Assembly (NCBI GenBank): GCA_030593295.1
Contig: JAUVHO010000002.1
Coordinates: 15,379-79,378, forward strand
Source: Methanomassiliicoccales archaeon
GTDB taxonomy: Archaea; Thermoplasmatota; Thermoplasmata; RBG-16-68-12; SOIM01
Length of the DNA: 64,000 bases
Reading direction: 5' to 3'
Below the pieces are notes generated by a model, which saw only the letters and a list, made by a program, of their open reading frames with translations, searched no databases and was not told where the DNA came from. Positions 37,874 through 47,840 of this stretch are shown here, one piece after another. The first letter of the stretch is position 1. Each line of letters starts with the position of its first letter. The position numbers and the translations under genes were made by a program.

Positions 37874-39165
37874 TGGAAGAGCTCCTCCTGGACCTCTTTT
37901 CTGGAGAGCGTCTCAGTAGGCATGATCGCATGGGACATGTCGTAGTTGGCGTAGTTCAGATCCTCCAGCCATCCGTTCTCCCTTGCCTCGTCGAACACTT
38001 CGGTGCCCGGAAACGGCGTCAGCGTCGTGTACACGTTCAGATCCGAATCCAGGTCGAACGAGAACTGCCGAAGCCTCTCTATGGATTCCGCGGTATCCCG
38101 TCTGGAACCTATCACCATCATGGCCTGGGCGAACACATCGTTCTTCTTGAGGGTCTTCACAGCCTTGACCGAATCACCCACGCGCGCCCCTTTCTTGAAG
38201 TACTTGAGCACTTCTGGAGAGTCGTTCTCTACCCCTATCAGGATCCAGTTGTTCCCGACTTCTCGCAACTTCCCGACAAGCTCTGGGTTGTTTGAGATGT
38301 CATCCGTCCTCGCCTGGAAGAACCAATTGACGTCGTCTATGAAATCCCTCTTGCGCAAGTCCTCCCACAGCCCCATTCCGCGTTTCCTGTATTCGAAATT
38401 GTCGTCCGTCAGCCACAGGAACATCCCTCCGTACCTCTTGTGAAGGAACTCCATCTCATCCGCGATTCGTTTAGGAGATTTTGTTCTCCATCTGCCTTTC
38501 CAGTGCCTCCACTGTGTACAGAATGAGCATCTGTGGGTGCAACCTCGGGAACCTTCGAGTATCATGTACTTCTTCTTGCCGGCCATCAACGAGAAATGGT
38601 ACCTGTCCATGTTCTTCTCGATCAGATGGTATGCGGGGTAAGGTAGATCGTCCAGGTTCTCTATCAACGGACGATCGGGGGTATTGACGATCTCCCCGTT
38701 GTTCCTCAGCGTCAGCCCCTGGACCTGGCCCATGTCACCGCCCTCTCGAACCGCCCTTATCAGTGCGACGAGCGTCAACTCCCCCTCCCCCTTCACTATA
38801 TAGTCGATCTCAGGGAAGTCCCTGATGGACTCCTCGGCCACGGCCGTGAAGTGCTGTCCGCCCACAATGGTCACGGTCCCTTCGTTCACTTCCTTGGCTG
38901 TCTGTGCGACCCTTGCACATGCGTACGCGTTGCAGGTGAACCCCGATGTTGCGACGAATGATGGGGACATGGATTCTATTACTCTTTGGATATAGTCCCA
39001 ACTCTTCTTCTCGGCCTGGCAGTCTATCACCTTGATTTCCATATCAGGGAGCTCTCTCTCCACGTATGCAGCCAGAACCAGCAGTCCTGTTGGTGGCGGC
39101 AAGTACTCCCCCATCAAGAACCAGTAATCTTTGGGTGGCTCGACGAACAGTATGCTCGAAGACAT
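37741..39165 (-). CDS. B12-binding domain radical SAM enzyme (class B radical SAM)
   Basis: N-terminal cobalamin-binding Rossmann-like domain, then CTHRCSFCTQW (CX3CX2C). Confidence 0.8.
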   Translation of the reverse strand: MSSSILFVEPPKDYWFLMGEYLPPPTGLLVLAAYVERELPDMEIKVIDCQAEKKSWDYIQRVIESMSPSFVATSGFTCNAYACARVAQTAKEVNEGTVTIVGGQHFTAVAEESIRDFPEIDYIVKGEGELTLVALIRAVREGGDMGQVQGLTLRNNGEIVNTPDRPLIENLDDLPYPAYHLIEKNMDRYHFSLMAGKKKYMILEGSRGCTHRCSFCTQWRHWKGRWRTKSPKRIADEMEFLHKRYGGMFLWLTDDNFEYRKRGMGLWEDLRKRDFIDDVNWFFQARTDDISNNPELVGKLREVGNNWILIGVENDSPEVLKYFKKGARVGDSVKAVKTLKKNDVFAQAMMVIGSRRDTAESIERLRQFSFDLDSDLNVYTTLTPFPGTEVFDEARENGWLEDLNYANYDMSHAIMPTETLSRKEVQEELFQCYREFYGSAVRNIKGIFSKNEIKRRGYRHMAGQKVLKTLRSLI

Positions 39166-39396
39166 ATTTCCCAGCGTGGATATTCAAATCGATACTGAAA
39201 TAAGTTGTTGTATTTGCCTCGAATGAAAGATTTAAGAGCGTGTTGAGCATGTCAGTAAGTTGCCAGGCTATCGGGAAGGCAAAGAACAGGTCTGGGCGAA
39301 AGAACTCGGGATTTGATGCCCGGACTGAAGGAATTGCGTTTAAGACGGCCGAATCGAATGTTGTGAGCCGCCATCACTGGGGAAGGAGGAAGTAAC

Positions 39397-40677
39397 TTGG
39401 AGAACGTGGGGAGTGAGAAAGACTGGGAGAATAATCCTGCTGAAGGAGATAACAATCCTTCTCATGACGGTAGAGAGCCTAAGAACAACTTCAATCCAGC
39501 AATGAAGAACATACACCTGTCACCGATCGTTAGGATAAGTGAGCAGGCTCTGGAGATGGGTCCTTCATACCGGGAGAGGACCGGGAAGGATTTCATCTAT
39601 TTCCAAAGGGGAGAAGTTGATTTCCCCACTCCTGAGTACATCAAGGACGCCGCAAAGAGGGCCCTAGATGAGAACCGAACCAAGTATCCCAGATCTGGAG
39701 GGGAACCCGAATTCAAGGACGCGATCCTGAGGAAACTGCTGGACTTCAATAAAGCGGAGAACCTCAACAGGGAGAACATCGTCTGCACCTACGGTGGAAT
39801 GGAAGCTCTGCAGTTGTCGTTCAAGCTCTTCGAAGGCGGGAAGGCCGCCACCTTCGCACCTTACTGGAGCCCCATATCCGAGAACTTCGTGCCCTTCCTG
39901 CAGATGAATCTCACCGTAATGCCGTTGAAGGAGGATTTCAGCATTGACTTCGACCTGCTGGACGAGGTTCTGAAGGACGTCAACATCTTCTACTTCAACA
40001 CCCCGAACAACCCCACCGGGAAGGTGTTCTCCGAGGACGATGTCAAGAAGATCGCCGAACTGTGCTACCAGAATGATGCTTATCTTCTCTCGGACGAACC
40101 ATATGAGAGGATCATATTCGATGGCAAGAAGCACTTCAGCGCCGCGTCACTTGACTACGACAACATAATCTCCGCATTTTCTTTCTCAAAGACCTATTCA
40201 ATGACCGGATGGCGCATGGGCTATCTGGTCGCCAGGGATCCGAAGGTCGCCGGAATGTTGAAGCTGGGGAATTACAGCTGCACGGCCGGAGTGGTCCAAT
40301 TCCTGCAGTTTGCCGGCAAGGAAGCGCTGGACAATCGCGCGGAAGGGGAGAAGGCCATAGGGGAGATGGTGGACGAGTACAAGCGCAGGAGGGACGTTCT
40401 CTGCTCGGAACTTGCGGGTGTTGACGGCGTCAAGTTCGAAAAGCCAGAGGGGGCGTTCTATCTGTTTCCGAACTTCACCGAGCTGATTCCGGAAGAACTT
40501 CAGGGAAAAGACCGTGATGAGTACGTCTTCGACAGGCTGATGGAGAACGGTGTTGCCACCGTCTACGGTTATTGCTTCGGAAAGAGCTTCGGGGACAACA
40601 TCAGGATCTCATTCTCAACGACTCCGGTACCCGTAATTGTTGATGGCGTCGAGAGGATTCGCGAGGCGTTTGAGTAG
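39397..40677 (+). CDS. Class I/II PLP-dependent aminotransferase (aspartate aminotransferase family)
   Basis: SFSKTYSMTGWRMGY lysine motif; probable true start at the internal ATG near 39502 (MKNIHLSP...). Confidence 0.85.
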   Translation: MENVGSEKDWENNPAEGDNNPSHDGREPKNNFNPAMKNIHLSPIVRISEQALEMGPSYRERTGKDFIYFQRGEVDFPTPEYIKDAAKRALDENRTKYPRSGGEPEFKDAILRKLLDFNKAENLNRENIVCTYGGMEALQLSFKLFEGGKAATFAPYWSPISENFVPFLQMNLTVMPLKEDFSIDFDLLDEVLKDVNIFYFNTPNNPTGKVFSEDDVKKIAELCYQNDAYLLSDEPYERIIFDGKKHFSAASLDYDNIISAFSFSKTYSMTGWRMGYLVARDPKVAGMLKLGNYSCTAGVVQFLQFAGKEALDNRAEGEKAIGEMVDEYKRRRDVLCSELAGVDGVKFEKPEGAFYLFPNFTELIPEELQGKDRDEYVFDRLMENGVATVYGYCFGKSFGDNIRISFSTTPVPVIVDGVERIREAFE

Positions 40678-40693
40678 GATTGTAGAAAGACAG

Positions 40694-40768
40694 CGGGCCC
40701 AGAGGGATTCGAACCCTCGATCTTTTGGTCCGAAGCCAAACGCCATATCCTGGCTAGGCTATGGGCCC
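40694..40768 (-). tRNA. tRNA-Arg (anticodon TCG)
   Basis: 75-nt cloverleaf read from the reverse complement: GGGCCCA acceptor, anticodon stem TTTGG/CCAAA with loop CTTCGGA, T-arm GAGGGTTCGAATCCCTC. Confidence 0.85.
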
Positions 40769-40817
40769 ATGTTACAGGATTCCAAAAAGAAACAATGGGA
40801 TATAATACCAACTACGG

Positions 40818-42659
40818 TTACATTCTGTCAGGCGATTCGATTCCCAGAAGCGAAAGGCAATTCCTGAGAGTCTGTTTGGTCGCCTTTACCATGGCTATCC
40901 TCGATTCCTTGACTTCCTCTTCTTCCGCTCCCAGTACCGGGGATTTGTGGTAGAACTCCGTGAATTGTGTGGCAAGTTTGTATGCATAGTCCGCTAGAAG
41001 ATGTGGCCGCCGTTCCGCTGCCGCTGTGAACACGATGGACGGGAAATGTGAGATCAACCGGGTCAAGTCCCTCTCCGAATCGTTGGTGAAGACTATGTTC
41101 TCTGGTATGGAGGCATCTTCGAACACGCCCCCTTTCCTCAGTATGCTGGATGCCCTTGCATGGGCGTATTGAACGTAGGGTGCCGCATCCCCTTCGAAGT
41201 CCAGTGCATCTTCCCACGAGAACGTCAACTGCTTCATGGTCTGCACCTTCAGCATGTGGTACTTTATCGCTCCTATCGCGACTTGTTTGGCAATCTCCGC
41301 AACCTTCTCGTCGTCCAGTTCCTCGTTCCTCTTACGGACCTCTTCCTCCGCCCTCTCGATCCCTTCATCTAGCAGCTCATCGACCGAGACTATGACGCCT
41401 TTACGTGTCGACATCCTGCGCCCCTTCATTCCAACGAACGCAAAGTGGACCACATCCAACAGGTTATCATCTTTCAGGTCTCCCAGCAGTTTCAGAATCG
41501 TCTTCAGTTCCTTGAACTCAACCTTGTGGTCCTCTCCGAGCACTATCAGGTTAGCGTCAGCTTGACCCAGCTTCCACCTGTGGTATGCAACGTCCCTCAC
41601 GATGTAGACCGAGGTTCCGTTTGGTCTTTGGAAGACAGTACCTCCGCCTCTTCTCTCCAATCCAAATTCGGAGAGGTCGATGGCATTGGCCCCAGTGTCA
41701 AGTTCCAGGGATTGCGGAAGTTCCTTCAAGTTCTCGATCGCCTTCCGAGCCGAACCGTCGAGGACAAAGCGGCTCGCGAAGTCAAAACTGTCGAACGTAA
41801 TTCCCAGCCTTTCCAGGGTCTGTTTCTGCCCAGCGAGTACGTCGTCGACCACCTTCTTCAATCTACCAATGGATTCCTCGTCCCCCTTCTCGCATCTCTC
41901 TGCAAGTTCGTCTATCTCTGAATCGAGGTTCTCATCTTCGATGAGTTTGGTCGTGGGAACGTAAGTAAAGAACACCTTGAAGTCCGGCTTGTCTGCATAT
42001 TTCTCGTACCTGCTCAGCAGTTCGTTCTTAGCTGGTCCATCACTCTTCTCCAATACCGGTTCTCCGCGCTCGTCGAATGTCAATGAATACTTCTCAGAGA
42101 CCTTGTTCTCAATCCCCCACGCGATCGTCGCGACCTGCTTTCCCATATCGTCGACGTAGAAATGGGTCTCAACGTCCCAGCCCACGGCCCTGGCCAATCC
42201 TGCCATTGTGTCTCCGATGAGGGAGTTCCTGACACGACCGACGTTGATGGGTCCAGTGGGGTTGATCGATGAGTGTTCCAGAAGAAGCTTCTGCCCCTTG
42301 TGGTAATCTGATTTGCCATAGTCATCCTTAGATGATAGAACCTCTCTCAGAACCTTGTCCCCGAACTCCGGGAAATCCAGGAAGAAGTTAAGGTAATAGA
42401 CGCCGCCAGCTTCCATGACCTCTACACTCTCGACGAGCTCCGGTTTCTCGAATCTCAAGATGATCTCTAGGGCGATCTCCTCCTGCTTCTTCCCCGTGGG
42501 CTTCAACAGCTGGACGCAAAGATTGCTGGAGAACTCCCCGAACTCGGGCTTGGTCTGGATGTCGACCGAGATATCGTCCGGACTCTTGGATAATTGAAAC
42601 GCCTCCTGGACCGCCTTGGCCAGAGACTTCTTGATATCGACCTTGATCTCGTCTATCAT
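40818..42659 (-). CDS. argS: Arginyl-tRNA synthetase
   Basis: Class I ArgRS pattern (SSINPTGPINVGRVRN HIGH-like region; C-terminal DALR-type domain). The track ORF extends to 42704 but would overlap the tRNA; the ATG at 42659 (MIDEIKV...) is preferred. Confidence 0.9.
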   Translation of the reverse strand: MIDEIKVDIKKSLAKAVQEAFQLSKSPDDISVDIQTKPEFGEFSSNLCVQLLKPTGKKQEEIALEIILRFEKPELVESVEVMEAGGVYYLNFFLDFPEFGDKVLREVLSSKDDYGKSDYHKGQKLLLEHSSINPTGPINVGRVRNSLIGDTMAGLARAVGWDVETHFYVDDMGKQVATIAWGIENKVSEKYSLTFDERGEPVLEKSDGPAKNELLSRYEKYADKPDFKVFFTYVPTTKLIEDENLDSEIDELAERCEKGDEESIGRLKKVVDDVLAGQKQTLERLGITFDSFDFASRFVLDGSARKAIENLKELPQSLELDTGANAIDLSEFGLERRGGGTVFQRPNGTSVYIVRDVAYHRWKLGQADANLIVLGEDHKVEFKELKTILKLLGDLKDDNLLDVVHFAFVGMKGRRMSTRKGVIVSVDELLDEGIERAEEEVRKRNEELDDEKVAEIAKQVAIGAIKYHMLKVQTMKQLTFSWEDALDFEGDAAPYVQYAHARASSILRKGGVFEDASIPENIVFTNDSERDLTRLISHFPSIVFTAAAERRPHLLADYAYKLATQFTEFYHKSPVLGAEEEEVKESRIAMVKATKQTLRNCLSLLGIESPDRM

Positions 42660-42673
42660 CCGATCGACCGCAA

Positions 42674-42748
42674 CGGGCTCGCTGGGATTCGAACCCAGGA
42701 TCACCAGCTTAGAAGGCGGGCGCCATATCCGGACTAGGCCACGAGCCC
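42674..42748 (-). tRNA. tRNA-Arg (anticodon TCT)
   Basis: 75-nt cloverleaf on the reverse complement: GGGCTCG acceptor, anticodon loop CTTCTAA, T-arm CTGGGTTCGAATCCCAG. One C-T mismatch in the anticodon stem. Confidence 0.75.
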
Positions 42749-42844
42749 CAGACCCGCAACATGTTAGGATGATATAATAATCTTATCTCTGAGCAAGTTC
42801 GGCCAAGCATTAACTTTAAGTCGGAATATCGTCTATTTCGCACC

Positions 42845-44740
42845 GTGGTTCAAGCGTGGAAACCGGAGGACTCCTTGGAACTGTATGGAGTTCAGAGGTG
42901 GGGCTCAGGGTATTTTGACGTGGACAAAGAGGGCAACCTCTTGGTTAGGCCGAACAAGAACGAGCTGCAGACAGCCAACGTCAAAGCGATTGTGGACCGG
43001 CTCGTCAAGAAGAAGATTGGATTTCCTGTCCTGTTGAGGTTCCCCCAGATCCTGGACCACAGGGTCAACGAGCTGCACGAGTCATTCAACGATGCGATTT
43101 CCAGGTATGAGTACGGTGGCAAGTATCAGGCTGTCTTCCCGATCAAGGTCAACCAGAGAAAGGAGGTGGTGCTGGAGCTGCTCAAGGCCGGCAAGAAGTA
43201 CGGTTATGGCCTGGAAGTGGGGACCAAGTCGGAGCTACTGGCCGCTCTCGCATTGGACCCAAAACCTTCTTCGCTACTTGTCTGCAACGGGTTCAAGGAC
43301 GAACGGTTCGCCAATCTTGCTTTCGACGCATCTTTGGTCAAGGAGAAACTGATCATAGTCCTGGATGAGATCGGGGAACTTCCCACGATTTTCGAACAGG
43401 CGAAATCACTGGGTCACATGCCGTTGCTTGGGGTAAGGGTGAAACTGCACATGCGCGGTGCCGGAAGGTGGATATCCTCAGGCGGGGAGCTTGCCAAGTT
43501 CGGGCTTTCGGGGTCGGACGTACTGGATATCGTGGAATCTCTCAAGAAAGAAGGACATCTGGATAAGCTGAGAATGCTCCATTTCCATCTGGGCTCTCAG
43601 ATCACCCACATCAAGAGGATCCAGGACGCGATAAGGGAAGCAGCCAGGTTGTACGCCGAGCTGCACAAGATGGGCGTTGACATCGAATACTTGAACGTCG
43701 GCGGCGGTCTCGGGGTCGACTACGATGGCAGCAAGAGCGTCAGCGAGTCCAGCATGAACTATTCGATGCAGGAATATGCCAACAATGTCGTGTACATAAT
43801 GAACCTCGTCTGCGAAGAAGAGGGCGTTCCCCCACCCACACTGGTTTCAGAGAGTGGAAGGGCCGTCACCGCCCACCATTCACTTCTCGTCTTCAACGTC
43901 AAAGGCAAGATGCACGCCGATCAGGATCCCGAGAAAGTCAAGATCGCAGAAGAAGACCCCATCGTCCTCAGCGAACTTCGAGATACCTATGTGGAGCTCA
44001 ACAAGAAGAACTTCGTGGAATACTACCACGACGCGCTAATCCTGAAGGAGGACCTCGTGAACATGTTCAACCTCGCCCAGATCGACCTGAGGCAATTGGC
44101 AAGTGGCGAGATCCTCTTCAAGGGGATATGCCAGAAGGCCTCTGAGTTCGCAAAGGACACTGGCAACAGATCGAAGGAGTTCGAGAATCTGAGGAATATT
44201 GTGGCAAGTAGATACATCTGCAACTTCTCGGTCTTCCAGTCCCTCCCCGATTACTGGGGGGTCGGCCAGCTCTTCCCGGTCATGCCCATTCACAGGCTCA
44301 ACGAACCTCCGGACCAGTACGGCACCCTGCTGGACGCCACTTGCGATTCCGATGGGGAGATCGATCAGTTCATCGACATAAGGGACATCAAAGAGGTCCT
44401 GGAGCTGCACTCCCTTGGTGATCAACCATACTACATCGGGATATTCCTGCTGGGAGCCTATCAGGATACTCTGGGAGATTTCCACAACCTGTTCGGTTCG
44501 GTCAACGAGGCCCATGTCCACTTGAAGAACGGTGAATGGCAGATCAAGCAGATAATCAAGGGATCCACCGTAGGCGAGGTCCTTAGCTTGTTCAAATACG
44601 ACCGGGAGTGGATGACGACCGCCTTCAAGAAGCTGGTTGAGAATGTCACCAGCAAGGGCAAGGTCGAGAGGAAGGAAGCCAAGAAGATATTGAAGGACTA
44701 TGAGAGGGAAGTCGAGGAATACACGTATCTCAAGTTCTGA
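42845..44740 (+). CDS. speA: Biosynthetic arginine decarboxylase, PLP-dependent (SpeA type)
   Basis: 631 aa aligning along its length with E. coli SpeA (FPIKVNQ, LHFHLGSQ, VGGGLGVDYDG, ESGRAVTAHH, CDSDGEID). Confidence 0.9.
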   Translation: MVQAWKPEDSLELYGVQRWGSGYFDVDKEGNLLVRPNKNELQTANVKAIVDRLVKKKIGFPVLLRFPQILDHRVNELHESFNDAISRYEYGGKYQAVFPIKVNQRKEVVLELLKAGKKYGYGLEVGTKSELLAALALDPKPSSLLVCNGFKDERFANLAFDASLVKEKLIIVLDEIGELPTIFEQAKSLGHMPLLGVRVKLHMRGAGRWISSGGELAKFGLSGSDVLDIVESLKKEGHLDKLRMLHFHLGSQITHIKRIQDAIREAARLYAELHKMGVDIEYLNVGGGLGVDYDGSKSVSESSMNYSMQEYANNVVYIMNLVCEEEGVPPPTLVSESGRAVTAHHSLLVFNVKGKMHADQDPEKVKIAEEDPIVLSELRDTYVELNKKNFVEYYHDALILKEDLVNMFNLAQIDLRQLASGEILFKGICQKASEFAKDTGNRSKEFENLRNIVASRYICNFSVFQSLPDYWGVGQLFPVMPIHRLNEPPDQYGTLLDATCDSDGEIDQFIDIRDIKEVLELHSLGDQPYYIGIFLLGAYQDTLGDFHNLFGSVNEAHVHLKNGEWQIKQIIKGSTVGEVLSLFKYDREWMTTAFKKLVENVTSKGKVERKEAKKILKDYEREVEEYTYLKF

Positions 44741-44803
44741 GATGTACCACCAGTCTGTTCGCCCATCACTAGATTTATTAGTTTGTATGGGTAGTGGGGG
44801 ACT

Positions 44804-45298
44804 ATGAGCAGGGGAGGGGGCCGTGGCCTACTATTCACCAGGAAAACGATATCGACCATTCTCCTCGTAGGAGTGGTTGTTGTCTTGTTGCTCCTCAGCG
44901 CCCTTCTTTCAAACCTACCAGACGGGGGAACTCCCGGTAACGGTTCAGCTGAATATTTCACAGATACGGTCACCAAGATAGTGGACGGAGACACCCTCTA
45001 TGTGGGCGATGTCAAGATCCGTCTGGTTCTGGTCGACACTCCTGAGGTTGGAGAGAACGGTTTTGAAGAGGCCACCCAGTTTGCCGCCGGTCTATGTCCG
45101 GTGGGATCCAATGCGACGGTGGATCAGGACGACGGCCAGCTCTACGATCGATATGGTCGCATGTTGGCTGTCGTGTATTGCGGCGGGAAGAACCTCAATG
45201 AAGAGCTTCTAGAAGAGGGTCATGCGGTCATTCTGACGCAGTACTGCGATGAAAGCGAGTTCGGCGACCAAGAGTGGGCCAGGGAATATGGTTGCTAG
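44804..45298 (+). CDS. Membrane-anchored staphylococcal-nuclease-like thermonuclease
   Basis: N-terminal TM, then VDGDTLYVGDVKIRLVLVDTPE...GRMLAVVY SNase fold motifs. Confidence 0.75.
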   Translation: MSRGGGRGLLFTRKTISTILLVGVVVVLLLLSALLSNLPDGGTPGNGSAEYFTDTVTKIVDGDTLYVGDVKIRLVLVDTPEVGENGFEEATQFAAGLCPVGSNATVDQDDGQLYDRYGRMLAVVYCGGKNLNEELLEEGHAVILTQYCDESEFGDQEWAREYGC

Positions 45299-45467
45299 CC
45301 CTCTTCGGGACATTTGGATTCAGAGTGAACTTCAGCCAGTGGTCAGTAGACGAGCCCTGCGAGATTCATACATGCTTGGATTCGAACCACGTGATGACCT
45401 TGCCCTTCTTCAGCCCAAACTCCCTCATGCATTTCACTAGGGCCCTGATTCCTCTCCTCTCTCCTCT

Positions 45468-46562
45468 CTACTCCTCCATACCTCTCAACATTTCACCCAT
45501 GCGGCTCATCAAGTTCTCCATGAGTTCCCCTAGTTCTTTTCCATAGGGTTCGAAGTGACTTTCCATTAACGACCTGAATTCTCCCACATACCCGCTGTCC
45601 CCCGGCAGCTCGGCTATCCTGTCCAATTCGCCCTCAAAGACTTCGGTCAACAGCTCTTGTGATTTTTCTATTCTGGCTATTCTTTCTTGTAGCTGTTCCG
45701 GAGGTGGTGGGTTATTGACTACACTTTTCAATGATTCCACAGTGGATATCAGGAAATGTTCCACGAATTCGAATATTTCCTCTCTCTTTTCCTTGAAATC
45801 ATCCATCGATTGTACGCCTTTCACCATTTCCAAGAATTCATTCACTGCCTCGTCACCCATTTCTTTCTGCTCAGCATATCGTTTGATGATACTGTAGTGA
45901 AGCCAGATGAGTTTGCGACCTAGCTCTTCATGATCCTTCAGTCTGAGTCCAATCGCATCTTCGGGCGCGGTCAAATCCTCTGCGTAGAAGAATGCCCCTT
46001 GTTGTTCACCGCCCACCAGTGTGGGATATACGATCAGACTGACCTCATCCACTAATCCTTCACGTATCATTTCGCTGTTAAGGGCCCCCTCCGAATCGAG
46101 CATGACCACTTTCACGCCGTGCTGTTCATTAAGATCACTCAGGGCAGCCTTGATGTCAACTTGCTCGTCACCTAAGGTGACATGCTCAATATTGCTTTCT
46201 TCTAGATAATCCTGGTATTCCTGTGGAGTAGATTTGCTGTTCAACACCAAATGACCTCTATAGACCGGGATCTTGCGTATTTGGTCCCAGTTGCGCACTT
46301 TTCCTTCACTGTCATGAACCACCAGAATTGGGCGAAGATCATCTGAATCCCCCACCTGTTGTGGTGACGTGTCTTGCTCCCACGCCTCCCACGCCTCTGG
46401 CGGGATCATATCCACAAAACGCGTGATCGCGGCAGCATCCGCGAGAACCGCATTGATGCCAAACTTCGGAGTTATACTGAATTCCATCAGGATCTCACGT
46501 TCGAAGTTATCAATTCTACCGTCCAGGCTTACAGCTTTATGAAGAACTACTTTTGGTAACAT
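45468..46562 (-). CDS. RibD C-terminal domain / dihydrofolate-reductase-like reductase with an extra C-terminal helical domain
   Basis: The N-terminal approx 210 aa resemble archaeal pyrimidine reductases (VVLHKAVSLDGRID...YPTLVGG); the last approx 150 aa are unassigned. Confidence 0.5.
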   Translation of the reverse strand: MLPKVVLHKAVSLDGRIDNFEREILMEFSITPKFGINAVLADAAAITRFVDMIPPEAWEAWEQDTSPQQVGDSDDLRPILVVHDSEGKVRNWDQIRKIPVYRGHLVLNSKSTPQEYQDYLEESNIEHVTLGDEQVDIKAALSDLNEQHGVKVVMLDSEGALNSEMIREGLVDEVSLIVYPTLVGGEQQGAFFYAEDLTAPEDAIGLRLKDHEELGRKLIWLHYSIIKRYAEQKEMGDEAVNEFLEMVKGVQSMDDFKEKREEIFEFVEHFLISTVESLKSVVNNPPPPEQLQERIARIEKSQELLTEVFEGELDRIAELPGDSGYVGEFRSLMESHFEPYGKELGELMENLMSRMGEMLRGMEE

Positions 46563-47039
46563 ACTCTTGTTTCCCCCTATATCGTACTATTGAATACTGT
46601 CGGGTTGTTGCACAAATCCGGTTCCGTGAATATCATTGCGAGCCACTCCGCTCCCATATTCTGAGGCGGGATGGGATGTGCTCCCGGAGAGGGAAAAGAC
46701 ACACGGAGAGAAAAACCTGTCGCAAGGACGGACCATGGAATGATTCTAGGATTGGCCTGTCCGCCTCATCCTGCAGCTCCCCAGCAATCTTTGATTGAAC
46801 ATCCCGCCCTGGAGTAACGTTTTTTCGATCATTTGAGAGCAGTGTCAGTGCCGATTCCCGAACATGTAAGGCGTCAGAACCAAGGTTCCGGGCGGACATA
46901 AGTAATTGGGACATTCCCGCGATCTTCAGTGGAAGGCTACGGAACGAGAGGTTTTGAATGAACCCCACATGAATTGCCTTCAGAAGGCCGACCACAGGAT
47001 CCCGGGGGTGCCTCTATCAGAGAACCCGAGGAATGTTGA

Positions 47040-47237
47040 ATGAGAAAGTTCGCCCCCGTTCCGTTAGGGAAGTTCTTGATCCTTCTATCAGTTGTGTTGC
47101 TGGTGGCCGATGGGCTCAGTACCATCTACTTTGGAGTGGATCTTGGGAACCTCCTGTTGTTCGGCTTCGTTGGTTTGGCGGTCGTTGCCGTGTTTCTGTT
47201 CTTTACAGGGCTGTTTGTTGAGGACCCGACCTTCTGA
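47040..47237 (+). CDS. Possible small two-helix membrane protein
   Basis: 65 aa, strongly hydrophobic; no other support. Confidence 0.25.
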   Translation: MRKFAPVPLGKFLILLSVVLLVADGLSTIYFGVDLGNLLLFGFVGLAVVAVFLFFTGLFVEDPTF

Positions 47238-47306
47238 GGCCGATTCATTGAGAAGAAATAGAATGATGCATGCACATCAGTTGCCGAATCGCGGGAGGAC
47301 CGAGGA

Positions 47307-47840
47307 TTGGTGAAGAAGGAACGTAAAGGAACCACTAGGGAAGGGACGGAATCGAGAGCCCCAAGGAGAAGTTCCAAGACTCCTGTAGATGAGATTGACC
47401 GACGATACATGTTGCTGGAGTTGGCATGCGCAGAGAAGCAATGTGATCCCTGCACCTACCCCGACTGTCAGAGGTTTGTACGAGAAGTTGCCAAAAGGCC
47501 GCCCATATCCACGAGGATGTTCGAGCTCCGCCCTATGGAGAGAGAGGGGCGGATTGAACCCGATCGAAGATATGTTCTAGTGGAGCTCGTCTGCAAAGAG
47601 AAGAAATGCAATCCTTGCACCTATCCAAACTGTCAGAGGTTCGTAAGAGTGGCCAAGAAGAAAGCACGTTACACAACTCCTTTGTTCGAGCTTTCGAGAG
47701 AAGACTGGAAAAAGGCGAGAAGAGCGAGTCTGAGCGAGAGTCTAGATGATGGGGGGGAAGCGGCGGTAGAGTCAAGAGAATCAGTCCTTAATCAACACCT
47801 TTATAGTATTTCCTTATTCATTGCCAAGATATGCAATTGA
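47307..47840 (+). CDS. Cys-rich protein with an internal tandem duplication
   Basis: Two approx 45-aa repeats: DRRYMLLELACAEKQCDPCTYPDCQRFVREVAKRP...FEL and DRRYVLVELVCKEKKCNPCTYPNCQRFVRVAKKK...FEL. I recognise no family. Confidence 0.5.
   Translation: MVKKERKGTTREGTESRAPRRSSKTPVDEIDRRYMLLELACAEKQCDPCTYPDCQRFVREVAKRPPISTRMFELRPMEREGRIEPDRRYVLVELVCKEKKCNPCTYPNCQRFVRVAKKKARYTTPLFELSREDWKKARRASLSESLDDGGEAAVESRESVLNQHLYSISLFIAKICN

Noticed and set aside
42660-42704. N-terminal 15 codons of the argS track ORF (MILGSNPSEPVAVDR)
   Set aside because: They are the reverse-strand shadow of tRNA-Arg(TCT); the true start is MIDEIK at 42659. The same logic rejects ORF 40569..40811, which covers tRNA-Arg(TCG).
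46563-47039. SRP (7S) RNA or other structured RNA in the long intergenic gap
   Set aside because: No match by eye to the conserved SRP S-domain motif (GGAAGGAAGCAGCC-like) or the Alu-domain ends. It is kept only as a low-interest finding.
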